A stretch of 64,000 nucleotides of DNA from a virus. A program made the position numbers and the translations under genes. The notes beneath the pieces are model-generated. The model was not told the DNA's origin and did not search any database. It worked only from the letters and a program-made list of their open reading frames with translations. Positions 30,430-40,015 of the stretch are shown here, in pieces (within the stretch, counting starts at the first letter, position 1; every line of letters begins with the position of its first letter). The stretch covers positions 101,527-165,526 of IMG/VR virus record IMGVR_UViG_3300037247_000655. The stretch is one strand, 5' to 3'.

Positions 30430-31867
30430 CCTTAAACTCTGCTGGTGCTATAATAGCCAATTGGTCGACAACACGACCCCGTAGATCAACCGCAACATCT
30501 AACACGGTCGTTAATTCCTGATTAGTAACAGTCTCCGGTGTTCTGTGAGGAAACATCAGCTTCAACAGCCCAGACCCAATCCTGACTAACGATCGCTGGT
30601 TACGTTGAGACATGTTGCCAAAACAAACATTATCTAGAATAACTGGCGCATAATTCCGATTTCTCATTCTATGCATAATCTCACTTAAATAATCAGCCAT
30701 GAAACCAACCGTCTTCGCAAGATTAGACTCCCGTATTTGTGGAATTCTCCATCCGGCTATAAACCCATGAATGCGGTCTAAAAACGCGCGATCTCTATTG
30801 ACTGCTTGTGGTAGTGGTGCAAATAGGTTTCGATATCTAGCTGCTACTTCCTTTTTCTCTCTATCACAAGCAATGTTACCAGCGAAGACTAGAGAACATC
30901 CTGACGCAAATTCTGCAGTACCACGACTTATCCTGCCACTGTTCATATAGTCTTTGAGCATGTCGACAAGATCGCCTTGTCCAGACCATTTATTGCCACC
31001 ATTATCGCTAGCAAATTCGTCGAACATAACAACATCCCTGTACCCAATTATTCCCAATTGACGACGTAATTTATCATAAAATAAAGAAGCAACAGTTGTT
31101 TTACCTCCAGATAAAACAAATCCATGAGAACTCAAAGACTGGTAATTGAATGTCTTACCCGTTTCAGGAGGACCAAGCTCGCATAGATTAATATTCGATT
31201 CTACAAAAGGAACCAAACGAACCATATATAACAATTTTTCATCATAAGAGAGATTATCCGGGTCGAATCCCATACTAGTAATCATCAAATTCAACCATTC
31301 ATCATCTGTAAATTGTTTTCGACGTTCAACCCATGTGTTCAAATCTATTCCCGTAATCTGTATGGGCTTAAATTCTGTCACAATAAAAGGAAACAACTTG
31401 TTTCTTAAAACGAAAGAATTATCATATTCTATTTTGAAGACACCCCACGCGCCAGTCGTCAAAAGAACCTCCCCATACTCGGCTATGAGATACGGATCTA
31501 TCCTGACATTCTGATTACCCAGAGCAGCTACGTCTACCCAATATTGGTCCCTACTCTCGTCGAACCGACACCTAATACGACCAATCAATATATGGCTACC
31601 ACGCTCTCGTATATTACTCTTTACTAATTCTTTTTCATCAGAGTCCATAAAATGATCATTAAGAAGATTCTCAATACTATCAAGTCCAGGCTTAGGATCT
31701 TTCGGATCTACCATTGATGAAATCAAATAGTCTACTACAAATGCTGGTAGCTTTCTAAATTGCTCATTCAAACAACCCAAACTCTTATCGACTATTACAC
31801 CTTCTTCTGAAAAGACATCCACAATTTTTTGTTTTGTCTCTATTCCAGTCATTTTTCTCTCCATCAA
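30383..31867 (-). CDS. brxL: BrxL-like AAA+ ATPase lacking the C-terminal Lon protease domain
   Basis: PAFVVDYL, VPFVESN.NLCELGPPETGKT, FDE, AFLDRIHG, DYLSE, SGLLKL. Confidence 0.85.
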   Translation of the reverse strand: MMERKMTGIETKQKIVDVFSEEGVIVDKSLGCLNEQFRKLPAFVVDYLISSMVDPKDPKPGLDSIENLLNDHFMDSDEKELVKSNIRERGSHILIGRIRCRFDESRDQYWVDVAALGNQNVRIDPYLIAEYGEVLLTTGAWGVFKIEYDNSFVLRNKLFPFIVTEFKPIQITGIDLNTWVERRKQFTDDEWLNLMITSMGFDPDNLSYDEKLLYMVRLVPFVESNINLCELGPPETGKTFNYQSLSSHGFVLSGGKTTVASLFYDKLRRQLGIIGYRDVVMFDEFASDNGGNKWSGQGDLVDMLKDYMNSGRISRGTAEFASGCSLVFAGNIACDREKKEVAARYRNLFAPLPQAVNRDRAFLDRIHGFIAGWRIPQIRESNLAKTVGFMADYLSEIMHRMRNRNYAPVILDNVCFGNMSQRNQRSLVRIGSGLLKLMFPHRTPETVTNQELTTVLDVAVDLRGRVVDQLAIIAPAEFKGVDLSYKIKECHEKT

Positions 31868-32118
31868 TCAAAAAGAGACAGGGCATCTGTTCTCTGTACT
31901 ATAGATTCTTCCACAACAACGTCGACAGGTGGTTCTCCTGGGCTTGTAGCAGCTCCTGTTGGACTATCAAGACATTCTCGGTGCACGACAACAAAGAAAT
32001 CATCCAGACTAGCTTGGTGCATTACATCGTCTTGAGATGGGCCTAAATAAACTATTGGGACGGTCATTAAAACCACCTCATTTGGCCTAATTGTCTCATG
32101 ACAGATAACACACTCCAT
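31864..32118 (-). CDS. Hypothetical protein
   Basis: CVIC..HREC; GGAG RBS. Confidence 0.55.
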   Translation of the reverse strand: MECVICHETIRPNEVVLMTVPIVYLGPSQDDVMHQASLDDFFVVVHRECLDSPTGAATSPGEPPVDVVVEESIVQRTDALSLFD

Positions 32119-32467
32119 CGCTTACTCCAGACTGCGCGCACGGCCAGCACTAACACTACACACATATATACAATGTTTTCTGTTATACATACAGTTTTTT
32201 AGTTTCTTCGATATCATTAACAAACTCTTAAACGATTCTTAATAAATCATACGAACCATCATGCTAGACGAAGAATATATATTAAAGAAGATAATAACAT
32301 CACACTGTGGTATTATTAGGATTATCGATTATTGTTCCAATCCGTAATATTCTCTGCGCTGAGACTCCTACGTGAAACAAATTATAACACTTACGTAAGT
32401 ATAGAGAGGACAAAACTCAAAAAATGTTCCATGAAAAATATAAAAATCTTGGAATTGAGTTCTTTAT

Positions 32468-32965
32468 TTACTTATTACAGTGTCTATTTTTTAACAATTC
32501 AGAAATAGCAGTCTGATTTAACAGATGATCGGCAGTACCCATTTGATCTATTATTAGTTCACCATTGAGATGGCTAATTTCATGCTGCCAAATTCGTGTA
32601 TTGATATCATTTCCCCACAAAGACATTTGTTTGCCATCGATATCTGTCCCAATAAGATAACATGTATTTGATCTTTCTTTTGTAACTCTAATACCAGGAA
32701 GAGAAATGCATCCTTCGATACTACTATTTAGTCCACTTACTTCACACATTACAGGATTCCATATTGCTCTATCAAAGCGATAGTGTCTCCAAACAAACAT
32801 CCTGATATCTAATCCGACTTGAGGAGCAGATAATCCGATACCATTATTTTCATTCATTATCTTCCACATAGATGCAGCTAAGGTTGCTCTTTCTTTAGGA
32901 GATACTTCTATTGCTTCTTTACATACACACCGTAATCTATCATCAGGGTATTTGACTAATTCCAT
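32468..32965 (-). CDS. def: Peptide deformylase
   Basis: GIGLSAPQVG, EGCIS, QHEISH. Confidence 0.95.
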   Translation of the reverse strand: MELVKYPDDRLRCVCKEAIEVSPKERATLAASMWKIMNENNGIGLSAPQVGLDIRMFVWRHYRFDRAIWNPVMCEVSGLNSSIEGCISLPGIRVTKERSNTCYLIGTDIDGKQMSLWGNDINTRIWQHEISHLNGELIIDQMGTADHLLNQTAISELLKNRHCNK

Positions 32966-32992
32966 CTTATTATTTCCTTAGCTTAACGGGAC

Positions 32993-33368
32993 TTATTCTG
33001 TTCGATAATTATCTAACCACTTTTCGAATTCCTTATCTGTCACTTTTCTGTCTGGCAGCTTTGGTTCGACTAGTTGTCCGAACCATAATTCCCTACAGAT
33101 ATCCGGTATAGGCCCGTGACATATTTCGACAACAGTATTATTGATGCGACATTTGATTATAGTTGGCAATTGGTTATTCATTATTGTCCTCCTTTGATAA
33201 TAGCGTGCCTGTAATTCTTTTTGCAGCAGAACCAATTAGTCTTTTACTTATCTGTCCATGGACACGAATTGTTTCTCTTAACGCCCCAACAATAATTTTA
33301 TGTACCAATTGTTTTCTTGTTTTTTGTTTACTCATTAGAAACTCCAGTAAAAAACACGCATAGGCCAA
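32993..33368 (-). other. Two small hypothetical CDSs (32993-33181 and 33174-33335 after start revision)
   Basis: Coupled ORFs with GGAG/AGGAGG RBS. Confidence 0.5.
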
Positions 33369-33402
33369 ACCAGCCGGATAATTAAAACTCTTTTGCAGTA
33401 TA

Positions 33403-33591
33403 TTAAGGCTTAAAAGTAACGCCGATGCTGGGATGACTCTTAATGTCTTGAAATATTTTCTTTCTTAAATGAGCCTCTAGATCATCTAAATATTGATTAG
33501 ACACACGGGTCATGGGTTTACCAGACCGCATCTCCTTAAATCTGTTTAAGATGAACTTCCTTGTATATGATTTGTTTAGTAAACTAGACAT
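33403..33591 (-). CDS. Putative minimal histone-fold protein
   Basis: 62 aa, basic; LLNKS..RK helix, RVS loop, long helix, terminal GVTF resemble bacterial/archaeal histone alpha1-L1-alpha2-L2. Confidence 0.5.
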   Translation of the reverse strand: MSSLLNKSYTRKFILNRFKEMRSGKPMTRVSNQYLDDLEAHLRKKIFQDIKSHPSIGVTFKP

Positions 33592-33592
33592 T

Positions 33593-33790
33593 TTACCTAC
33601 TTTCTTTTTGTGTATTTCTACCCCTAGTTTGTTGACGTTGATTATATTCTGGTTTGTCTTTTATGGAGATTCTGTCTCCCAAAGACTTTTCTATTTCCTG
33701 TATGAAATGACTACATTCCGTACCTTGGAATCCTTGTCCGTCTATGGAACAATTTCCATTCGGATCGATATCTATAATAACCTTTTTCAT
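33593..33790 (-). CDS. DUF2997 protein
   Basis: IDIDPNG..GQGFQGTEC..IEKSLG..KPEY. Confidence 0.8.
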   Translation of the reverse strand: MKKVIIDIDPNGNCSIDGQGFQGTECSHFIQEIEKSLGDRISIKDKPEYNQRQQTRGRNTQKESR

Positions 33791-33860
33791 TTCCTACTCC
33801 TTTTTATTGTTAGACTATTCCATGTTTTAATAGTACTGTCTCTAATTATGTATTCGTCGC

Positions 33861-34178
33861 TCAACATTCCTTTTGGTGATTTTTTTCAGGACCTCTGACA
33901 CCGCAAGTAAGATGATCCGAACAATGAACGAAAGAAGTCCAACCTCCAATGTATGACCCACTTAAATAGACTTGAGTTTTTGTTCCACACCACGGGCAAT
34001 ATTTGGGAATATAGTCATTAATCAATGATCTTATTTTACTCAACAATGGTACCAGACGAGAAAATGGTAGTTCACTCAGTTGTTTCACAGAGAATGATTT
34101 TAGTTGATAATCGTCTAAAACTTTAGGATAATGATCAGGTGGGATGTCTTTGGATTCTTCCCTTATAGTAGAGATCAT
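33861..34178 (-). CDS. Lar-like zinc-ribbon protein
   Basis: CPWCG..VHC..CG. Confidence 0.45.
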   Translation of the reverse strand: MISTIREESKDIPPDHYPKVLDDYQLKSFSVKQLSELPFSRLVPLLSKIRSLINDYIPKYCPWCGTKTQVYLSGSYIGGWTSFVHCSDHLTCGVRGPEKNHQKEC

Positions 34179-34237
34179 AGTTTTTTGTTCATTATCTACT
34201 CCTATGTAAAAACACTATGTAGATTATCATCACGTTG

Positions 34238-34420
34238 TCATCGTGAATCAATTGCCAAGACATCTTCAATAGTGATATCCTCTATGGTTCCTACTTCGCC
34301 TACTGCGTTACAGTAAGGATCTATACAAAAGCCAGATTCGGACAATCTTTGGGTCATATCCACACCTTCGTCCTCATGTATGAATACGTCTAATATTACC
34401 CTATAATGTACCTTCCTCAT
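34238..34420 (-). CDS. Hypothetical protein
   Basis: GGAGG RBS, overlap with upstream gene. Confidence 0.5.
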   Translation of the reverse strand: MRKVHYRVILDVFIHEDEGVDMTQRLSESGFCIDPYCNAVGEVGTIEDITIEDVLAIDSR

Positions 34421-34664
34421 AATATTGGCCTCCTAAAGAAAATTCCTTAATTTCCCAATCGATTGCCGCTGTTCTGTTGGGATTTTTATAGAGGACTTTA
34501 CCACTCAAAGACCTCACTTCCCAAGTCTGTTCATCTTGGTTGAATTCCACGTCAGATGCCCTTCTCATGTTGACTACTTTACCGATGGCGAATAGATTTA
34601 TTTCGTCAGTCCATAAACATCGTATATTTCCTTCAATGTCTATATCCAGAACTATATCTATCAT
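34401..34664 (-). CDS. Small protein typically adjacent to DUF1257/DUF2997 genes
   Basis: G.IRCL..D.I.L..IG..RRASDVE..W..R..AI.WE (family recalled, not searched). Confidence 0.65.
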   Translation of the reverse strand: MIDIVLDIDIEGNIRCLWTDEINLFAIGKVVNMRRASDVEFNQDEQTWEVRSLSGKVLYKNPNRTAAIDWEIKEFSLGGQYYEEGTL

Positions 34665-34669
34665 AATTT

Positions 34670-35083
34670 CTACCTATATCCAGTTACAACGACTCTTTGA
34701 TGACCATTCTCACAACGTTCCCTCGTCACTGTCCTACCACGATGAGACATATCTATTTGGAGCTTATGATAAGCATAGTTCCCTCTTAGTTGATCCATCC
34801 ATGTTTGTCCATATTCCTTTGAATCGTATTCAGAGATTATTGCTTCGTAACATCCGTCTTCCCCTATTACAAATCCGATGTCATTAGAAGATTTACCTAC
34901 GTTTTGCTTCTTAATTATAATATTGGCTACTTCTTCTCTTTGGTCTCCTTTGTGTCCATGAAGATGTTGTGGGGTTTCATGGAACACTATTTGTGTTTTA
35001 GTCCACCCTCCAGTTTCTATTAGAGCTGCTACGAGGGCTGTTCCGTCTTTAAAGGCGGTTTTAATCAAACAATATCTGCTCAT
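34670..35083 (-). CDS. DUF1257 (Ycf35-like) protein
   Basis: MS....KT, L.GH.GD.R, SNDIGF, YEAIISEYD. Confidence 0.85.
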   Translation of the reverse strand: MSRYCLIKTAFKDGTALVAALIETGGWTKTQIVFHETPQHLHGHKGDQREEVANIIIKKQNVGKSSNDIGFVIGEDGCYEAIISEYDSKEYGQTWMDQLRGNYAYHKLQIDMSHRGRTVTRERCENGHQRVVVTGYR

Positions 35084-35325
35084 CTGAGATTCTCCTTTTC
35101 TTCTCCGTCGTGTTTGGTAGCTAATTTTTCCAAGGACATCGCTTGTCTTCCATTCATTATTAATTGGCTACCTAATGTAGTTGCTTGCTGTGCTGTTAGG
35201 TCTAGTGGTACAAATTCTGGTCCCCATGTGTCAACTTGTTCTGGTGACCGTTTGATGTATAGTGAAACATCAGGTCCATCACCCCATGTACATTGGGTGG
35301 ATATTTCTTCATTTTTTATTTTCAT
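35080..35325 (-). CDS. Hypothetical protein
   Basis: ATGA overlaps on both sides. Confidence 0.55.
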   Translation of the reverse strand: MKIKNEEISTQCTWGDGPDVSLYIKRSPEQVDTWGPEFVPLDLTAQQATTLGSQLIMNGRQAMSLEKLATKHDGEEKENLR

Positions 35326-36080
35326 TTTTTATTCGCCTTATTCCACCTAGCACGATCGAAAGCATTCATTGGCGGGGCGTCTGCGATAAATTCTTCGAAA
35401 AATTCGTCGCACCTACATCCGCCATCTCTACAACGATCATATCCATCGCAAGTACAATCTTCATACAACCAACCACAATCCGGACATGTGTCACAGACAC
35501 AATCAAAACTATGACACTCACTACATTGTTCGCCACAAATACATTCATCTAATGAATAACAGCATTCATCAAAAATATCTTCGTCTACACACTCTACGCA
35601 GGTTTCGTCTTCTTTGACCAGTTGTTCTTTCTTACAGGAATCACATGCTATTGTGTCTGGCAACTTGTAGTCTTCACCATCCTCTCTACCTAAGATGACT
35701 TTGACTGGTTTTAGTGCCACTATAAAACAGGGTACATCTCTGTCTGGGTCAAAGTCTCGCCTGTGTTGATTTAAAGCGCCCATTGCTCCACCATCTAAAC
35801 CTGTGCTTAGGTTTGTGAATGTTCTTCCTGCTAGTTCTATTTCACCATTAGCATCATATGCTAAAGAGTATGCAAGACCAGAATGGTAGCATCCACCCAA
35901 GACAATTCTCGTATCTTGGTCACGTGTATCATCGATAAAATCATCGATATCCTGATGGATTTTGTCGACAAAATCGACTTCGTAGTGTATATCCATTGAT
36001 GCAAATACTAGTTCTTTATTAAACAGCTCTTTGCATCTCCGAATAATATCATATGCTCGTTCGTCATTTTGGTTACACAT
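35322..36080 (-). CDS. Hypothetical protein with acidic Cys-rich repeat tail
   Basis: CDSC, CVEC, CSEC, CPDC and CxC units; TAATG coupling. Confidence 0.65.
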   Translation of the reverse strand: MCNQNDERAYDIIRRCKELFNKELVFASMDIHYEVDFVDKIHQDIDDFIDDTRDQDTRIVLGGCYHSGLAYSLAYDANGEIELAGRTFTNLSTGLDGGAMGALNQHRRDFDPDRDVPCFIVALKPVKVILGREDGEDYKLPDTIACDSCKKEQLVKEDETCVECVDEDIFDECCYSLDECICGEQCSECHSFDCVCDTCPDCGWLYEDCTCDGYDRCRDGGCRCDEFFEEFIADAPPMNAFDRARWNKANKK

Positions 36081-37090
36081 TAGATTATCACCTTTCTCGT
36101 AAGTTCTCCAATAAATTTGCTTCCACTACTTCCCTCTGTGTCAGCTTTCTCTCTAATAGCATCAAGTGTTTTAGATACACTTGTTTTTATGGCTTCCGAA
36201 TCAAAATCCTGGTTAGTTGTACCGGGACTTAAAAAAGTATCTTTGAATTCACTCAACATTTTTTCAATTTCATCGTCACCAAAGATATTCATTTGTTTGA
36301 AACGGTCTACGTAAGTTCGGAAGCACGAAAATGTTTTAGCAGTAAGCTTTTTACTGTCCTCTTCTTCTCCGAACGGTTCTCCGTTTATCCTGGCTGTCAT
36401 AAAATCACAGAATTGTATAGTCTCTTTTCTCATAGATGAGACATATTCTCCAACGAACACACCTACTTCAGCTTGCATCTGATTACGGATTTCTTGTTGT
36501 TTCTCTGACTGGACCTTCTGTTGAGCAATAATATCTTCTACGTTAGTCTCTTCTATGACATTGATACCCGCAATCTTGAAAGTGTACCAGTCAAACTGAA
36601 AATACTTGCGTAGTTCACTTGGGTTAGCTGGGTAATTACCTTTGATACACTTGTCCCAAAAATCAGGATGTGCTTTTCTTATTGTGGCAACCAAGTCATC
36701 AAAACGAGTAATGAAGCTGTCTACTCTCACAAAGAATTCTTCCTTTAGGTCTTTGATTTGCCCTTCTACTGTAGGTAGCATGTGCGATGGAATAAAATGG
36801 GCGCTGGCAATGCCAAACGGTACTGACCATTTCTCAAGAGCTTTCCTGGCACGTTTTTCTATTTGAGCTAATACTTGCAATTCTTCTTTGGGTACGATCA
36901 ACTTTCTTCCTAGGTTAACAATATCGTCTGGAAGCTTATCCGGGTCGTATCCAAGTTCTATTAGATCTGTTTTGGTTAGCATTTTTCTTCCAGACCACAT
37001 TTTTATCTTTAAGTTGACTAGGCACCCAACATCAAATAAACAGATTGTGTCTTTCTCTAAGATTGGTTCTTGTATTGTTGTCGTATTCAT
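36080..37090 (-). CDS. DUF3150-like protein
   Basis: LVNL.I..WSGRK, LG.KL, helical C-half; start revised to MNTT, which follows AAGGAG. Confidence 0.65.
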   Translation of the reverse strand: MNTTTIQEPILEKDTICLFDVGCLVNLKIKMWSGRKMLTKTDLIELGYDPDKLPDDIVNLGRKLIVPKEELQVLAQIEKRARKALEKWSVPFGIASAHFIPSHMLPTVEGQIKDLKEEFFVRVDSFITRFDDLVATIRKAHPDFWDKCIKGNYPANPSELRKYFQFDWYTFKIAGINVIEETNVEDIIAQQKVQSEKQQEIRNQMQAEVGVFVGEYVSSMRKETIQFCDFMTARINGEPFGEEEDSKKLTAKTFSCFRTYVDRFKQMNIFGDDEIEKMLSEFKDTFLSPGTTNQDFDSEAIKTSVSKTLDAIREKADTEGSSGSKFIGELTRKVII

Positions 37091-37149
37091 TTCTTTTTTC
37101 TCCTTTGTCTTATTGGTTTTGAATTCTTTAAGTTTTGGCACAATATTTC

Positions 37150-38715
37150 CTAATTCAAATCGACTTTTCTCGTATCAACATTATTGCTTTGTGGAGCTGT
37201 TCCCTGTGGGTTAGCGGGCTTTGCATGTTTTTTACACCATTTTCTAATAATTTCTATACGATCAGGTTCAGTTTTTGACAAAGGTATAACATTAGATGTA
37301 GCTTGTATTAAATGAGATGTCTTTAATTTGGTATTGTTACTAAATGCGATCTTAAGACCTAATTTGATAATTTGCTCTATGTCCGCGCCGGAGTATCCAT
37401 CTGTAATAATAGACAATTCTGATGTTACAAAATCATCTGGTTTTCTGTTTCTTTTAGATAAATGAATATTAAATATTTCTATGCGTTCTTTTTGAGACGG
37501 CAGATCTAGTGAATATATTTCGTCGAATCTTCCTTTTCTGGAAAATTCAGGGGGAAGTGATTCTATTTGATTCGCGGTAGCTACTACATAAATAGGGGAC
37601 TGTCTATCATTGAGCCATTTTATGAAAGTGCCGAACACCCGGCGAGATGAACCTCCATCACTATCTCCAGTGCCACCGAAGCTCTTCTCGACTTCGTCAA
37701 GTTGCAACACAAGTGGGCATACACTTTCCAACATCTTAATAGCTTCCCTCATATTGTGTTCTGACTCACCTACGTATTTATTCATTAAATTACCGACATC
37801 CATAGACACAAGAGGGAGGCCAAGTTCAGATGCAATAGCCAGAGACAATAGAGTTTTTCCACAACCCATTACCCCAACCAAAAGAATTCCTTTAGGAAAC
37901 TCAATACCGAAGTCTCTCGCCTCTTGGGTAAAACATGGTTTGTCTAACAATATGTGTTGTTTCAATGCATCATACCCTCCGACAATATCTAATCCTCCAT
38001 CGGGAGGTTCTGTGTATGTCAATAGACCTGACGCTTTTATTATGCTTGCCTTTTCTCTTGTTATGGTGTGTATTGCATCTGCGTTGAGATCTTTATGTTT
38101 ACACAAGGAGAGCGTGACACGATCAACCACTTGTTGGGAAGTCATTCCACGACAAGCATCTATTACCTCTGGGACTATGCTGGCGTCTATAACAAATTTT
38201 TCTCCATCAGCTTTCTTTACGTCACTACACGCGAATTGTATTCGTTCGTTGATTTGTTCTTCGTCAGGGAGATTGAAGTCGATCGTGGTTATGTCGTGCA
38301 GTAGTTGTTTTGGAATTTCCAAGTCTGGTCCTACAAATATAATAGTTTGGCCAACAGACGCCGTGATTTTTCTCAGTGTATCTAACCAACCTATCACTAT
38401 ATCACATCCAGGATAGGTACTATGATTCAGATACATCCCAAAGTCACGCAAGACGCAAATAGTATTATCAGGAAACTCAAGAATCGCTTGGATATGTTCA
38501 TGGACGGGGGCCATAGCAGGTGGTGCTTTGTCCACAGATTTGTTGTTACAATCTTTCCACCCTTCGGAAATTGACCACACATAGATTTGACGTTTAGTAT
38601 CTTCAGCGACATCGGAAATGTTACATATAGCACGATCTTTCTCAAATGTTTCGATATATAACAATGCGTGTCCAGAGCGAATATAGTCTGCAAGGTTACT
38701 GCGAAAATCATTCAT
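37150..38715 (-). CDS. Ycf46-like AAA+ ATPase (degenerate N module + active C module)
   Basis: GVMGCGKT, KYVGESE, LDEVEK, ATAN, RKGRFDE, GYSGADIEQ. Confidence 0.9.
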   Translation of the reverse strand: MNDFRSNLADYIRSGHALLYIETFEKDRAICNISDVAEDTKRQIYVWSISEGWKDCNNKSVDKAPPAMAPVHEHIQAILEFPDNTICVLRDFGMYLNHSTYPGCDIVIGWLDTLRKITASVGQTIIFVGPDLEIPKQLLHDITTIDFNLPDEEQINERIQFACSDVKKADGEKFVIDASIVPEVIDACRGMTSQQVVDRVTLSLCKHKDLNADAIHTITREKASIIKASGLLTYTEPPDGGLDIVGGYDALKQHILLDKPCFTQEARDFGIEFPKGILLVGVMGCGKTLLSLAIASELGLPLVSMDVGNLMNKYVGESEHNMREAIKMLESVCPLVLQLDEVEKSFGGTGDSDGGSSRRVFGTFIKWLNDRQSPIYVVATANQIESLPPEFSRKGRFDEIYSLDLPSQKERIEIFNIHLSKRNRKPDDFVTSELSIITDGYSGADIEQIIKLGLKIAFSNNTKLKTSHLIQATSNVIPLSKTEPDRIEIIRKWCKKHAKPANPQGTAPQSNNVDTRKVDLN

Positions 38716-38762
38716 GTCGTTATTCCTTAAACCATGTGGTCTATTAAAACAAAACTAAGTTT

Positions 38763-38978
38763 TTATTCTTCGAGGAGTCTGTTGGTTTCGATCAATTCTC
38801 TGCGACTGGCTTCTGCATTGAATCTAAGGTCTAAAACCAACAATGAGATATGTTCTAGCAACAATTCTATGTCACAGGTATGATATGGAGACTTTTTTCT
38901 ATTGATCATACTATCAGATTCGACATCTGATCGGTCCAAGATAGACCTTAGTATCGATGTTATTTGTTGTTTGTCCAC
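38763..38978 (-). CDS. Small coiled-coil protein with LRFNAEASRRE motif (paralog of 41679-41957)
   Basis: Shared L.F(D/N).EA(T/S)RRE motif; GTG 4 nt after the -10 element. Confidence 0.6.
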   Translation of the reverse strand: MDKQQITSILRSILDRSDVESDSMINRKKSPYHTCDIELLLEHISLLVLDLRFNAEASRRELIETNRLLEE

Positions 38979-38982
38979 ACCT

Positions 38983-39011
38983 ATTATACGTCAAAACAGC
39001 CTAGTCGTTCC
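38983..39011 (-). promoter_or_regulatory. Putative promoter GGAAC-N16-CGTATAAT (copy 3)
   Basis: Upstream of the AAA/DUF1257 module. Confidence 0.7.
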
Positions 39012-39034
39012 GTGAAATATTACATTTTTGGATA

Positions 39035-39220
39035 TTAATTATTGTCCAATAACATAACTTCACCGTGTTTATTTCTTACTAGGCCAATTCTTCGTAGTAA
39101 TTTATTTTCTTTAGAGGAATCTGCGTCACAAAGTTTTATCCAGTGAGTCACGCACACACCACGGCCCATGTATGTGTGATTAGACAATTGTCCGCATCTT
39201 GGAAAAGAACATTGTTCCAT
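39035..39220 (-). CDS. Hypothetical Zn-finger protein
   Basis: CSFPRC..CVTH. Confidence 0.5.
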   Translation of the reverse strand: MEQCSFPRCGQLSNHTYMGRGVCVTHWIKLCDADSSKENKLLRRIGLVRNKHGEVMLLDNN

Positions 39221-39972
39221 TATGGTTTACTACAATTTCCCAACAGTATTTGATCTATGATCATTGGCTTACTTATCCTGAGCATCTTGGTCATGCTAGA
39301 TTTGACTAAGGAAGAATCGAAACCTGAGGAACAATCACGTACCATCGTATCCCATATCAGTTTTGGGTTTGTGTATTTCGCAGCAAGAACGGAAATATGT
39401 ACCCAATGATAGAAGCGTGAAAGATCAGATTGCCATAATCCTTCTTGATCAAAGCAAGCTTCTTTGATTGTCCTCCATAAATGGACCGCATTCCGCTTAT
39501 CACTGTGGCTAGGAGGCTTTTTCCTTTTATGACTTTCCCATGACCCAATATATCTGCCAACACAAGCATTTGATGCAGCTTGAACGAATTTAGAACAATA
39601 ACTATTGACATTCTTTTGGATACAAGATAGTCTATGGTCGTTTGGAATTATCTCTCCCAATGTTTCTCCGTTGTGTCCTATTAATATTCTATCGTAAAAT
39701 ATTCCATCCGATACGTGCCAGGTATGCCTGTTTTGCGAGACGATACAGTTTGGCAATATGTCATTCATACGGTTCTTGGTTGTTGACGTTCTCCAACCAC
39801 CAGAGTCTAGTCGGAATGTCCCATCTGGTCTAATCATTACTACGTCTGTGTTATGGTATTTGACAGCGAAAGCATTACCACGTTTTTGTAAACGAGTATT
39901 TGCTGCAAGTAGATATCCACGCTCATTATTCCGACACCTTTTGAACTTAATTGCTGCCTCTGTGTGTGTCAT
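39220..39972 (-). CDS. Hypothetical phage protein
   Basis: YHNTDVV..LDSGGWRTSTTKNRMN motif; start revised to MTHT, which follows GGAG. Confidence 0.65.
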   Translation of the reverse strand: MTHTEAAIKFKRCRNNERGYLLAANTRLQKRGNAFAVKYHNTDVVMIRPDGTFRLDSGGWRTSTTKNRMNDILPNCIVSQNRHTWHVSDGIFYDRILIGHNGETLGEIIPNDHRLSCIQKNVNSYCSKFVQAASNACVGRYIGSWESHKRKKPPSHSDKRNAVHLWRTIKEACFDQEGLWQSDLSRFYHWVHISVLAAKYTNPKLIWDTMVRDCSSGFDSSLVKSSMTKMLRISKPMIIDQILLGNCSKP

Positions 39973-40015
39973 ATAGATTTCTCCACTATCACCAATTCTT
40001 GGCCTCGTAATTCTT

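Noticed and set aside
30383-31867. A BREX defence system
   Set aside because: Only brxL is present; the neighbouring methyltransferase is a small Methyltransf_24 type, not PglX.
32382-32450. Fifth copy of the promoter motif
   Set aside because: GGAAC and TATAAT are both present but far more than 16 nt apart.
37610-38416. 268-aa plus-strand ORF and the many other plus-strand ORFs in the track
   Set aside because: They are antisense shadows of well-supported minus-strand genes, with no motifs or RBS. Only 40954-41163 and 51122-51799 have their own expression signals.
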